Virus record (IMG/VR): IMGVR_UViG_3300012286_000411
Span: 1 to 39,322 of that record
Length of the DNA stretch: 39,322 bases
Source: a virus
Lineage: Duplodnaviria; Caudoviricetes
Reading direction: 5' to 3' (one strand)
Shown here: positions 9,601 to 18,275 of the stretch, piece after piece
Layout: every line of letters begins with the position of its first letter
How positions within the stretch are numbered: the stretch's first letter is position 1
Position numbers and translations under genes: made by a program
Notes under the pieces: generated by a model
Databases searched by the model: none
Told to the model about the DNA's origin: nothing
Seen by the model: the letters and a program-made list of their open reading frames with translations, nothing else

Positions 9601-10002
9601 ATGGCTGCTGGAAGATATTCTTTTGTAATCGAACAAGGTGCTACTGTAAATTTTCAAGTAGCTTATACAGACTCTAATGGTAATCCTGTAGATTTAACCG
9701 GCTATCAAGCACGAATGCAAATTCGACCTACCGTTGGATCAAGCGAGGTTTATATTACTTTATCGTCTAGTTTGGACCCATGTGGAACGGGCTTAAACTT
9801 AAGTGGATCTAATTCAATTAATCCACCTACTTCGGGTACAATTGGTGTATATATTTCCGCAGTGTCATCTTCACAATTAAACTTTACACAAGGTGTATAC
9901 GATTTGGAACTAGCCTCAGGTAGTGGTAATTGCTATGTAGTAACACGATTGCTAGAGGGACAAGTACAATTATCACCAAATGTAACCTTAGGTAGTTTCT
10001 AA
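9601..10002 (+). CDS. Virion structural protein, probable fibre adaptor (beta-sandwich)
   Basis: 'IEQGAT..F', 'PVDLTGYQARMQIR', 'GVYDLEL', 'RLLEG.V.LSP' resemble small beta-rich adaptor proteins encoded before phage fibres. Directly abuts the fibre gene. Confidence 0.6.
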   Translation: MAAGRYSFVIEQGATVNFQVAYTDSNGNPVDLTGYQARMQIRPTVGSSEVYITLSSSLDPCGTGLNLSGSNSINPPTSGTIGVYISAVSSSQLNFTQGVYDLELASGSGNCYVVTRLLEGQVQLSPNVTLGSF

Positions 10003-13000
10003 ATGGCTAGTTCAATTAACATAAATCAAAACAATAATGATATAACCCTACAAGACAATAATAGGAGTATATCAATAACTGACAATAATACAGGAACTAC
10101 TATTAATGTAACTCAACCTGTTACTAACGTAGTAACGGTTGCTACACTAGGTCCACAAGGACCACAAGGACCACAAGGTCCTATAGGTCCAACCCCAACA
10201 TCTGGTTCATTTACAGGTTCATTTAGTGGTTCATTTACAGGAAGTTTACAAGGTACTGCTTCATATGCTTTAACAGCATCTTATCTTGAAGGGTATATTT
10301 CTCCATTTCCATTTACCGGCTCCGCACGAATCACAGGATCATTAGGAGTAACAGGTAGTATATCAACTACTACAGGATTTTTCCACAATCAATCGTTAGA
10401 TTCTGCTAATAGAGAATTATACGATAGTAATGGAATTAACTCTATTACTTGGAATAGTAGAGCATTATTAAATCCAAGCGGTGGTGAAACCTTAAATTGG
10501 ATCGACAATGATAATATTACAGGTATTATAACTATCCCAATCTCAGAACAACTTGATCAAAAACGTATTGATGATCAACTTGCATCACAAACACTAATTG
10601 CTAATGGTAAAATAGTAACAGACCAAACAATTGAACAAGACGCCCGTATTGACGGAACTATAGTATACTATAATGAAAATGATGCAGAATGGTTACGTCT
10701 TGAAAATTCTGTTATAATAAATAGCGAAAACCCTATAGATAATATTTTAGGTATTGTTATTGACCAAGGAAGAGGATCTATTTTACTCCAAGGAAATATT
10801 ACCTTTCAAGTTGAAAGCGGAAATCCATCAACAGGATTCCCACCAATTCTAGGCACTATTAGAAATGGTGCACCATTATATTTAACTTACAGTACAGGTG
10901 GATATACAGACCCAGTTGCTTTTTCTACAGAACTACCCGATGGAGCAGTTCGCTCAATGGGTCATATTCTACAATCAGTTACTGAGGGTGGTTTAACAAA
11001 TGGAATAATATCTTTTAATCCATCAAATGACTACTTTAGAAAGATATCTGGAATCAGTAGAATTGATCAGATTAATGGGCAAGATATATATGCAGCCGCA
11101 GCGGGAACAACAACATCTGCTATATCTGCTTCATATGCTTTAACTGCATCAATGTTGTTAGGTAGTATTACAAGTGCTTCATATGCTACAACGGCTTCGT
11201 ATATATTACCACTAAACCAAACATTACAGTTAACAGGATCATTAAATATATCCGGATCTACCACCCAAATAGGAAATAATAATCTATTAGGACAAACCAA
11301 TCTATCAGGTTCGATTATTATATCCGGATCGGTTAATGCATCTGCTAATTTAGCATTAGGAGGAACACTCCGTTTAGACCCAGCACAAGATCCAGGTAGT
11401 ACAAACTTAACAGCATCATTCCTATTTACATCCGCTTCAAATACTGCTCAAGGATATGATTTATATTATCGTCAAGATGGAAACTTAGTTAAATTTAAAT
11501 GGCTCGAAGGTGGTATAAGCACAGGTTTATTATATGGAGGTCTTGTATCCGGAAGTGGAACTACAATATATGTCAGTTCAGGATCGGGGATTGTGATGAC
11601 TTCTAATGCTTCATATAGTGAAGAAATTAGCCCACAATTTACATATATAACCTGGCCTAATTATTCAGCATCTGCTACATATTTAACTTCATCTCAAAAC
11701 ACTTACCTTTATGTTGATGTTGCTGGTATTGTACATCAACAACCCAATTATTTTACTGAAACACAATATCAAGAATCAATTTGTTTAGGTAGGGTTACTC
11801 ATGCTAATTATACTAACATTACTGGTATTGGTAGTAATATACAAACAACATATGATAGTGACGCTCAACAAAGTGAATTTATTAGAGCATTTGGTCCACT
11901 TAAAATTAATGGATTAACAGTAACAGGACAAACAGGAACATTACATATAAATATAGGTTCCGGCACATCATATAATTTAGGAGGATTTTATAGATACAAC
12001 CCAGACCATCCAAGTAATTATTCATCCACAGCTACTGTTACTGGTTCTATGGCAAGAGCTTATAGGAGTGGGTCTGGGATATACTTAGATAATAATGGTG
12101 GAGCTTTTTATACAGTCATAGATCCTACAAAATATGATGATGGTTCAGGAACATTACAAAACACTGGTGCTGGTAATTGGACTATCCAGCGTGTATTTTA
12201 CAATCCCGAAAGTAAAAGAAGTACAGTTTATTATGGACAATCAAGATATACAAGTCTACTTAATGCATTACAGTACTTAGCTACAGATCCATTTGAAGAA
12301 GGAGAATTTACTGCAAAAAGTTTAATATTCGTAGCATATCTAGTTGTAAAAGGTAACACTACAGATTTAACTAATGATACTCAAAACACAATAGTACAGG
12401 CCGGATTATTTAGAAATACTACTGGTGGTAGTGGAAATGCAGGTACTATAACATTATCTTTAGAGAATCTATCAGATGTATTAATTACAACACCTGTTAA
12501 TAATCAAGCTTTAATTTATAATAGTGGTACTTGGATAAATGGGTATCCTGCAAGTGCATCCTTCACTACAACAGCTTCATTTGCTCAAACAGCATCTTTT
12601 GTTCAACAAGCAGTAAGTGCATCTTTTGCAACAACATCTTCATTTATTGAAACCAAAACAGTATTTAATCAACCTATATTAGGTACTGGTAATATAGGTT
12701 TTGTTAGTAGATCATTCTCTCCGTCAATTGGTAGTAACTCAACCGGTGAAACCCAACTCTTACAAATTACAATTCCTGCTAACACATTTAGCGCATCCGA
12801 TAAGTTAGCTTTTTTTGCTTTTTTTAGTAAAACGGGTACCGGATCAAACACAACTCATTATATAAAAATAAGTACGTCATCTTCAATGCCCGCAGGTGTA
12901 ACAGGTAGGATTGCACAATATGCATCGACCAACAACATCCTATTCACTAAAATAAACAGGGAGTTAGTTATAAACGGAGGATTTCTTAAAGGTTATCCAT

Positions 13001-13164
13001 TCTCCCCGTCTGCAGTAACCGACGCAGGTGTCTCAACCACAGCAATGAGTTCAGCATCATTCGATGTTACTCAAACTCAATATCTTTATGTTTCAGTTGT
13101 ACCAACCACTACACCAACAGCTGACGTAACGCGTTTAGAAGCATTTGAAATTAGAAATATTTAA
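10003..13164 (+). CDS. Long fibre protein (head/neck or tail fibre) with short collagen-like and Ser/Thr-rich repeats
   Basis: 1053 aa, S/T/G-rich. Contains GPQGPQGPQGPIGP, SGSFTGSFSGSFTGSL, repeated TASYA/TASFA motifs and an 'LENLSDVLIT...QALIYNSGTWIN' fibre-type repeat. Confidence 0.75.
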   Translation: MASSININQNNNDITLQDNNRSISITDNNTGTTINVTQPVTNVVTVATLGPQGPQGPQGPIGPTPTSGSFTGSFSGSFTGSLQGTASYALTASYLEGYISPFPFTGSARITGSLGVTGSISTTTGFFHNQSLDSANRELYDSNGINSITWNSRALLNPSGGETLNWIDNDNITGIITIPISEQLDQKRIDDQLASQTLIANGKIVTDQTIEQDARIDGTIVYYNENDAEWLRLENSVIINSENPIDNILGIVIDQGRGSILLQGNITFQVESGNPSTGFPPILGTIRNGAPLYLTYSTGGYTDPVAFSTELPDGAVRSMGHILQSVTEGGLTNGIISFNPSNDYFRKISGISRIDQINGQDIYAAAAGTTTSAISASYALTASMLLGSITSASYATTASYILPLNQTLQLTGSLNISGSTTQIGNNNLLGQTNLSGSIIISGSVNASANLALGGTLRLDPAQDPGSTNLTASFLFTSASNTAQGYDLYYRQDGNLVKFKWLEGGISTGLLYGGLVSGSGTTIYVSSGSGIVMTSNASYSEEISPQFTYITWPNYSASATYLTSSQNTYLYVDVAGIVHQQPNYFTETQYQESICLGRVTHANYTNITGIGSNIQTTYDSDAQQSEFIRAFGPLKINGLTVTGQTGTLHINIGSGTSYNLGGFYRYNPDHPSNYSSTATVTGSMARAYRSGSGIYLDNNGGAFYTVIDPTKYDDGSGTLQNTGAGNWTIQRVFYNPESKRSTVYYGQSRYTSLLNALQYLATDPFEEGEFTAKSLIFVAYLVVKGNTTDLTNDTQNTIVQAGLFRNTTGGSGNAGTITLSLENLSDVLITTPVNNQALIYNSGTWINGYPASASFTTTASFAQTASFVQQAVSASFATTSSFIETKTVFNQPILGTGNIGFVSRSFSPSIGSNSTGETQLLQITIPANTFSASDKLAFFAFFSKTGTGSNTTHYIKISTSSSMPAGVTGRIAQYASTNNILFTKINRELVINGGFLKGYPFSPSAVTDAGVSTTAMSSASFDVTQTQYLYVSVVPTTTPTADVTRLEAFEIRNI

Positions 13165-13167
13165 ATT

Positions 13168-13341
13168 ATGTACGCAATTATAGAAAAAGAAACTGGTAAG
13201 GAGTTGTATTACAAAGCTGACAACACAGTATTAGATACAGAATTAGCTATAACTGTATTACGTAATGAATATATGGAAAATCCACATTTTGATTTCGAAA
13301 CCCAAACTTGGTATGACTTAGTTTTAAATCAAACTAATTAA
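13168..13341 (+). CDS. Small protein (57 aa), possible fibre assembly chaperone; not in the ORF track
   Basis: My translation: MYAIIEKETGKELYYKADNTVLDTELAITVLRNEYMENPHFDFETQTWYDLVLNQTN. Fills the gap 3 nt after the fibre stop. The P-x-F-D-x4-W ending resembles fibre-associated chaperones. Confidence 0.65.
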   Translation: MYAIIEKETGKELYYKADNTVLDTELAITVLRNEYMENPHFDFETQTWYDLVLNQTN

Positions 13342-13349
13342 ATCTATTC

Positions 13350-13359
13350 ATATTTATAA
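13350..13359 (+). promoter_or_regulatory. Putative late promoter motif ATATTTATAA
   Basis: Motif 15 nt before the ATG at 13375. Confidence 0.6.
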
Positions 13360-13374
13360 TAAAATAGTTAGGCA

Positions 13375-14520
13375 ATGAATATTTCAATTTGGCCAGGTTC
13401 AAGTAGTTTCTTCCCAGGCGATACACCATTCGGATTTTACGATAACGATTATCAATTCCAACAAGACGCTGACAAATTTGCAAAATTTGCATCTCAACGT
13501 CTAGGATATCCATTGGTTGAAGTTGAACTACAGGACATTAACTTTTATACTGCCCTTGAAGATGCCGTAACTACTTACGGAAATGAATTGTATGCTTACC
13601 AAGTAGCAGATAATTTGTTGACATTCCAAGGCAATCCAATGACTCTTGCTCCTGCAAACAACAAACTAGTGCAAGAAACTCTAGCAAACGTTGTTGTATT
13701 ATCTCATCAATATGGTGAAGAAGCAGGTGTTGGAGGTAAAGTAACTTACCATAGTGGTTCTATTCGATTAGAAGCAGGCAAACAGGAATATGACATGAAT
13801 GAATGGGCAATTTCCCAAAGCATTTCAGGTGGTATTGAAATTAAACGTATCTACTATGAAGCACCACCCGCAATCATGCGATACTTTGACCCATATGCTG
13901 GTACAGGTACTGGTATGATGAGTATGTTAGATAGCTTTGGATGGGGTTCATATTCTCCTGCAATCAACTTTATGTTGATGCCTATCAACTATGACTTGCA
14001 GAAAATCCAAGCAATTGAATTCAACGATCAAATCCGTAAATCGCAATACACATTTGAATTAGTAAATAACCAACTTAAAATATTTCCTATCCCAATTATA
14101 CATTATCACGAATTGTGGTTTCAATATGTAAAATTAGACGATACGAGACAACCATATGCCGATGTTAGTGGTAGTGTAATTGTTACTCCTGGAGATGTAC
14201 CATATGAAAATCCAACATACTCTAACATTAACTCAATTGGACGTTCTTGGATATTTGAATATGCTTTAGCCCTAGCAAAAGAAATGCTAGGATATGTCCG
14301 TGGAAAATACTCAACAGTCCCCATTCCCGGATCTGAAATTACATTAAACCAAAGTGATTTAATTACTGCAGCAGCAAATGAAAGAAATGCATTGATTGAA
14401 CGCTTACGAGTATACTTAGATTCTACTTCACGTAAAGCTTTACTTGAAAAGAAAGCCGCTGAAGCAGAAAACCAGAAAAACATATTGAACGACGTACCAA
14501 TGACAATTTTTGTAGGATAA
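13375..14520 (+). CDS. Neck/head-tail adaptor protein (T4 gp13-like)
   Basis: 'RLGYPLVEVEL', 'WIFEYALALAKEMLGYVRGKY..VPIPG..ITLN' and a C-terminal 'P..IFVG' resemble gp13-type neck proteins. Position precedes the sheath genes. Confidence 0.75.
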   Translation: MNISIWPGSSSFFPGDTPFGFYDNDYQFQQDADKFAKFASQRLGYPLVEVELQDINFYTALEDAVTTYGNELYAYQVADNLLTFQGNPMTLAPANNKLVQETLANVVVLSHQYGEEAGVGGKVTYHSGSIRLEAGKQEYDMNEWAISQSISGGIEIKRIYYEAPPAIMRYFDPYAGTGTGMMSMLDSFGWGSYSPAINFMLMPINYDLQKIQAIEFNDQIRKSQYTFELVNNQLKIFPIPIIHYHELWFQYVKLDDTRQPYADVSGSVIVTPGDVPYENPTYSNINSIGRSWIFEYALALAKEMLGYVRGKYSTVPIPGSEITLNQSDLITAAANERNALIERLRVYLDSTSRKALLEKKAAEAENQKNILNDVPMTIFVG

Positions 14521-14521
14521 T

Positions 14522-15094
14522 ATGGCATTATTTGGAACACAACGAGACGTATCCTTATTTAGACACCTTAGCCGTGAGCTGATGTGGGATATTATTACTC
14601 AACAATGTGTGTATTATCAATTAATAGATAGCCAAACTAAAGTAAATATTTATGGTGAAGCCGCAGGTGCTAGATATTACAATGAACCTATCCTACTTAA
14701 TACTTTAATTGTAAGAGGTGACAACCAATCACCAGTTAGTGATTTTGGTGTAGATTACGATCGTCCAATGGAATTTAGATTTTTACGTGATGATTTACGT
14801 GGTAAAAATCCTGTTACCTCTGGTGGTGGTCCTGATATAGGAAACTATAATGGAACCTCATATGGAGCAGATATAGTTCCTGATGTAGGAGATATAATCA
14901 TGTGGGAAAATTCATATTGGGAAATAGACAACACCAATGAAAATCAATTATTTGTTGGAAAAGACCCAGCCTACCCATACGATCAAAACCCATTAAATCC
15001 AGGACTAGAAAATTATGGATCAGATTATTCTGTTATCTGTTTTTGCCATTATGTTCCTGCAGACAAAGTCCAAATTACACGAGAAAGATTATAA
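14522..15094 (+). CDS. Head closure/neck protein (T4 gp14-like)
   Basis: 'NIYGEA', 'FGVD', 'PDVGDII.W...YWEI' pattern and synteny after the gp13-like gene. Confidence 0.65.
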   Translation: MALFGTQRDVSLFRHLSRELMWDIITQQCVYYQLIDSQTKVNIYGEAAGARYYNEPILLNTLIVRGDNQSPVSDFGVDYDRPMEFRFLRDDLRGKNPVTSGGGPDIGNYNGTSYGADIVPDVGDIIMWENSYWEIDNTNENQLFVGKDPAYPYDQNPLNPGLENYGSDYSVICFCHYVPADKVQITRERL

Positions 15095-15097
15095 GAT

Positions 15098-16003
15098 ATG
15101 CCCTCAGCTAGAAAACCAAATCCAAAAAGCCAACTACAGATCTCAAATGATCAGGTGGATCCTTATGTTTTCCCTGAAACCGGTGAATCTTACGATAATC
15201 CAAATATACCTTCGGAATTTAATCAATTTACTCCAACAAAACAAAGTGGTGTTGATTTTAACCGTTCCGAACAGATGTCCTTTAAAGGAGATACTGTTAA
15301 ACCATTTACCGTAGGTCTACAAGATATAGACGAATCTATAATGTTCTATTTTCAGAATGTTATACGTCCATTTGTTTACCAAAACGGTGTACGAATTGAA
15401 GTACCTGTAATTTATGGATCACCTGAAAAGTGGAAATCTGTATCAAAAGACGGATACTACAAAGACAAAAACGGTGCTATAATGGCTCCACTGATTATGT
15501 TTAAAAGAGACACAATCGATAAAAACCGATCTCTTACAAACAAGTTAGATGCAAATAATCCTCACCTATATACTTCTTGGGCAAAAGGATACAATTCAAA
15601 AAACGGCTACTCAAACTTTGACGTATTAACAAACCGTAAACCAGTTGAGCAATTCGTTGTCAATGTAGTACCTGACTACGTTAATTTAACGTATACATGT
15701 GCTATTCAAACATACTATGTTGAGCAAATGAACAAAGTAATTGAGGCAATCAACTATGCTTCCGATTCATATTGGGGGGATCCGGAACGTTTTAAATTTA
15801 AAGCATCTATTGATTCATTTTCTACAGCAATCGAAATATCTGATTCAACAAATCGTATTATTAAAGGTACATTTACATTAAAAATGTTTGGCTACATTGT
15901 ACCAGATACAGTACAAAAAGAAGTAACAGCAATTAAAAAATACAATAGTAAAGCACAAGTTATCATTACTACAGAAACAGTTAATAATCTAAATAATCTA
16001 TAA
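15098..16003 (+). CDS. Tail terminator/sheath stabiliser (T4 gp15-like)
   Basis: 'VPVIYGSPEKW', 'P.YVNLTY', 'QMNKVIEAI' and synteny after the gp13/gp14-like genes. Confidence 0.6.
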   Translation: MPSARKPNPKSQLQISNDQVDPYVFPETGESYDNPNIPSEFNQFTPTKQSGVDFNRSEQMSFKGDTVKPFTVGLQDIDESIMFYFQNVIRPFVYQNGVRIEVPVIYGSPEKWKSVSKDGYYKDKNGAIMAPLIMFKRDTIDKNRSLTNKLDANNPHLYTSWAKGYNSKNGYSNFDVLTNRKPVEQFVVNVVPDYVNLTYTCAIQTYYVEQMNKVIEAINYASDSYWGDPERFKFKASIDSFSTAIEISDSTNRIIKGTFTLKMFGYIVPDTVQKEVTAIKKYNSKAQVIITTETVNNLNNL

Positions 16004-16005
16004 CA

Positions 16006-16152
16006 ATGGCAGCAAAAGCAAAAACACAATCCTCGGTTTCATTTATTGGCAAACCTAAAAAGAAAAGACCAGGCGTTCACGCAAAGTCAAAAATTAGTAA
16101 AAACAAAAATAGTAAAAACTACGTTAAGTCGTATGTTTCCCAAGGAAAATAA
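16006..16152 (+). CDS. Small highly basic protein (48 aa); not in the ORF track
   Basis: My translation: MAAKAKTQSSVSFIGKPKKKRPGVHAKSKISKNKNSKNYVKSYVSQGK. ATG 2 nt after the upstream stop, in the same 'acaATGGC' start context as the sheath genes. Confidence 0.7.
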   Translation: MAAKAKTQSSVSFIGKPKKKRPGVHAKSKISKNKNSKNYVKSYVSQGK

Positions 16153-16176
16153 CATATACTCCCTAAAATATAAATT

Positions 16177-16440
16177 ATGTCAATCGTTTCAGAAAAAAAG
16201 TTCTTAACAGAAGAAGAAAAAAACACGTTAAAAGAAATTCAAACAAGTACCCAAGCACTTATTGCTGAGTTAGGAGAAATTGAATTAATTAAAATTCAAT
16301 TGGAATCACGTTATGATAACGCGAAAAAATTCTTAGCCGAACTCGGTGAAAAAGAACAAGAATTTACCCAATCAGTATTTAACACATATGGTAAAGCTAG
16401 TATTAACCCTGAGACTGGTGAAATCACCTCAGTAGAGTAA
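16177..16440 (+). CDS. Hypothetical coiled-coil protein
   Basis: 87 aa, heptad-like helix followed by 'YGKASINPETGEI'. Confidence 0.7.
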   Translation: MSIVSEKKFLTEEEKNTLKEIQTSTQALIAELGEIELIKIQLESRYDNAKKFLAELGEKEQEFTQSVFNTYGKASINPETGEITSVE

Positions 16441-16458
16441 TCTAGGCCAAAATACACC

Positions 16459-16468
16459 ATATTTATAA
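16459..16468 (+). promoter_or_regulatory. Putative late promoter motif ATATTTATAA
   Basis: Motif upstream of sheath gene 1. Confidence 0.6.
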
Positions 16469-16486
16469 TAAAATAATTTATTTACA

Positions 16487-18229
16487 ATGGCAGAAACAAT
16501 TGTATCACCTGGTGTATTAGCAATAGAAAACGACCAATCATTTATCACTCAAGGACCTGTTACCGCAGGTGCCGCTATTATTGGACCAACAGTTAAAGGT
16601 AAAGTAGGTATTCCAACCCTATGTACTACTTATAGTGACTATTTAAATAAATTTGGCTCTACTTTTTTAAGTGGGAGCCAAACTTATTCTTATTTTACCT
16701 CAATTGCTGCTTACAACTATTTTAACAATGGAGGAACTACCTTATTAGTTACTAGAGTAGTAGGAGAATCATTTACAGCAGCAACTTCATCATTCATATC
16801 AGCATCAGATCACGGAGCTGGTTCACCTTACAACACTAATGTATTTGTTTTAGAAACATTATCTCAAGGTGAACTTATGAATAGTACCGGCCCTACAGGT
16901 TCAAATGGTACTCTATTAAGTGGATCAGCAGATAATTTTAGATGGGAAATTGCTTCTTCAAATACGGGATCTGGAACTTTTTATGTGTTAATTCGTCAAG
17001 GTAATGATACTACAAATTCACCCTCAATTTTAGAAAGTTGGGGTCCTGTATCATTAGATCCATTTGCTTCAAACTATATTGAAAAAATAATTGGTAATCA
17101 AGTTGAAAATGTTCGAAGCGATAGCGGTGAATTTTTTGTTCAACTTTCAGGAAGCTATATTAACCAATCACGTTATGTTCGTGTAAAACAAGTTAATCAA
17201 ACAACTCCAAATTATTTTGATAACGTTGGAGATCCAAAACCACAATACACTGGTTCAATTCCATTAAATGCAAGTGGTTCTTTTGGTAGTGCTACTGGAA
17301 AAAACGTGCCAACAGGTGTTGTAGCAAAATATTATGAAAATATTGCTAACGATAATATTCAAGGTATTTCTGCTAGTGCATATACTCAATCAATATCATT
17401 ATTAGCTAACCAAGATGCTTATAACTACAATTTATTAGTAGCCCCGGGGTTAGTTAGTAGCTTTAGCTCACCAACAACAACAGCTATCAATTTAATGCTC
17501 AATACTGTTCAAAGCAGAGGAGATGCTATGACAGTAATCGACTTGGTAGACTATGGCTCTAACATCACCCCAGTAGCAACTCAAGCAATTGGTTATAATA
17601 CTTCATATGCTGCCGCTTATTGGCCATGGCTTCAAACTATTGATCCTGATACTGGAAATCAAGTTTGGGTACCGGCTTCTGTTATGATTCCTGGTGTATA
17701 TGCTTTTAATGATAATGTATCTGCCCCTTGGTTTGCTCCTGCTGGAGTTAATCGTGGAGTTTTAAGTAACGTAATTAGAACAGAACGTGTATTGACTCAA
17801 GGAAATAGAGATTTCTTATATGAAAATAATGTTAATCCAATTGCTACTTTTCCTAATACAGGTGCTGTAGTATTTGGACAAAAAACATTACAGAAAAAAG
17901 CAAGTGCTTTAGATCGTGTAAACGTACGTCGTTTATTGATTGAACTTAAAAACTACATTTCTCAAATTGCTAATACTTTAGTATTCGAACAAAATACAGT
18001 TACTACTAGAAATAATTTCTTATCTCAAGTAAACCCATATTTGGCATCTGTTCAACAACAACAAGGTTTAACGGCATTTAGAGTTGTAATGGATGAAACA
18101 AATAATCCACCATCAGTAGTAGACCAAAACCAATTAGTAGGTCAAATCTATTTACAACCTACTCGAACAGCTGAATTCATTGTACTTGATTTTAATGTAT
18201 TACCTACTGGTGCAACGTTTCCTGCTTAG
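16487..18229 (+). CDS. Tail sheath protein, paralogue 1 (T4 gp18-like)
   Basis: 'SPGV', 'YAAAYWPW', 'PWFAPAGVNRG', 'LYENNVNPI', 'GQKTLQ..SALDRVNVRRL', 'FEQN', 'PTRTAEFI'. Confidence 0.93.
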   Translation: MAETIVSPGVLAIENDQSFITQGPVTAGAAIIGPTVKGKVGIPTLCTTYSDYLNKFGSTFLSGSQTYSYFTSIAAYNYFNNGGTTLLVTRVVGESFTAATSSFISASDHGAGSPYNTNVFVLETLSQGELMNSTGPTGSNGTLLSGSADNFRWEIASSNTGSGTFYVLIRQGNDTTNSPSILESWGPVSLDPFASNYIEKIIGNQVENVRSDSGEFFVQLSGSYINQSRYVRVKQVNQTTPNYFDNVGDPKPQYTGSIPLNASGSFGSATGKNVPTGVVAKYYENIANDNIQGISASAYTQSISLLANQDAYNYNLLVAPGLVSSFSSPTTTAINLMLNTVQSRGDAMTVIDLVDYGSNITPVATQAIGYNTSYAAAYWPWLQTIDPDTGNQVWVPASVMIPGVYAFNDNVSAPWFAPAGVNRGVLSNVIRTERVLTQGNRDFLYENNVNPIATFPNTGAVVFGQKTLQKKASALDRVNVRRLLIELKNYISQIANTLVFEQNTVTTRNNFLSQVNPYLASVQQQQGLTAFRVVMDETNNPPSVVDQNQLVGQIYLQPTRTAEFIVLDFNVLPTGATFPA

Positions 18230-18253
18230 TAATATATTTTAAAGAGAATATTC

Positions 18254-18263
18254 ATATTTATAA
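18254..18263 (+). promoter_or_regulatory. Putative late promoter motif ATATTTATAA
   Basis: Motif upstream of sheath gene 2. Confidence 0.6.
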
Positions 18264-18275
18264 TAAAAAAATACA

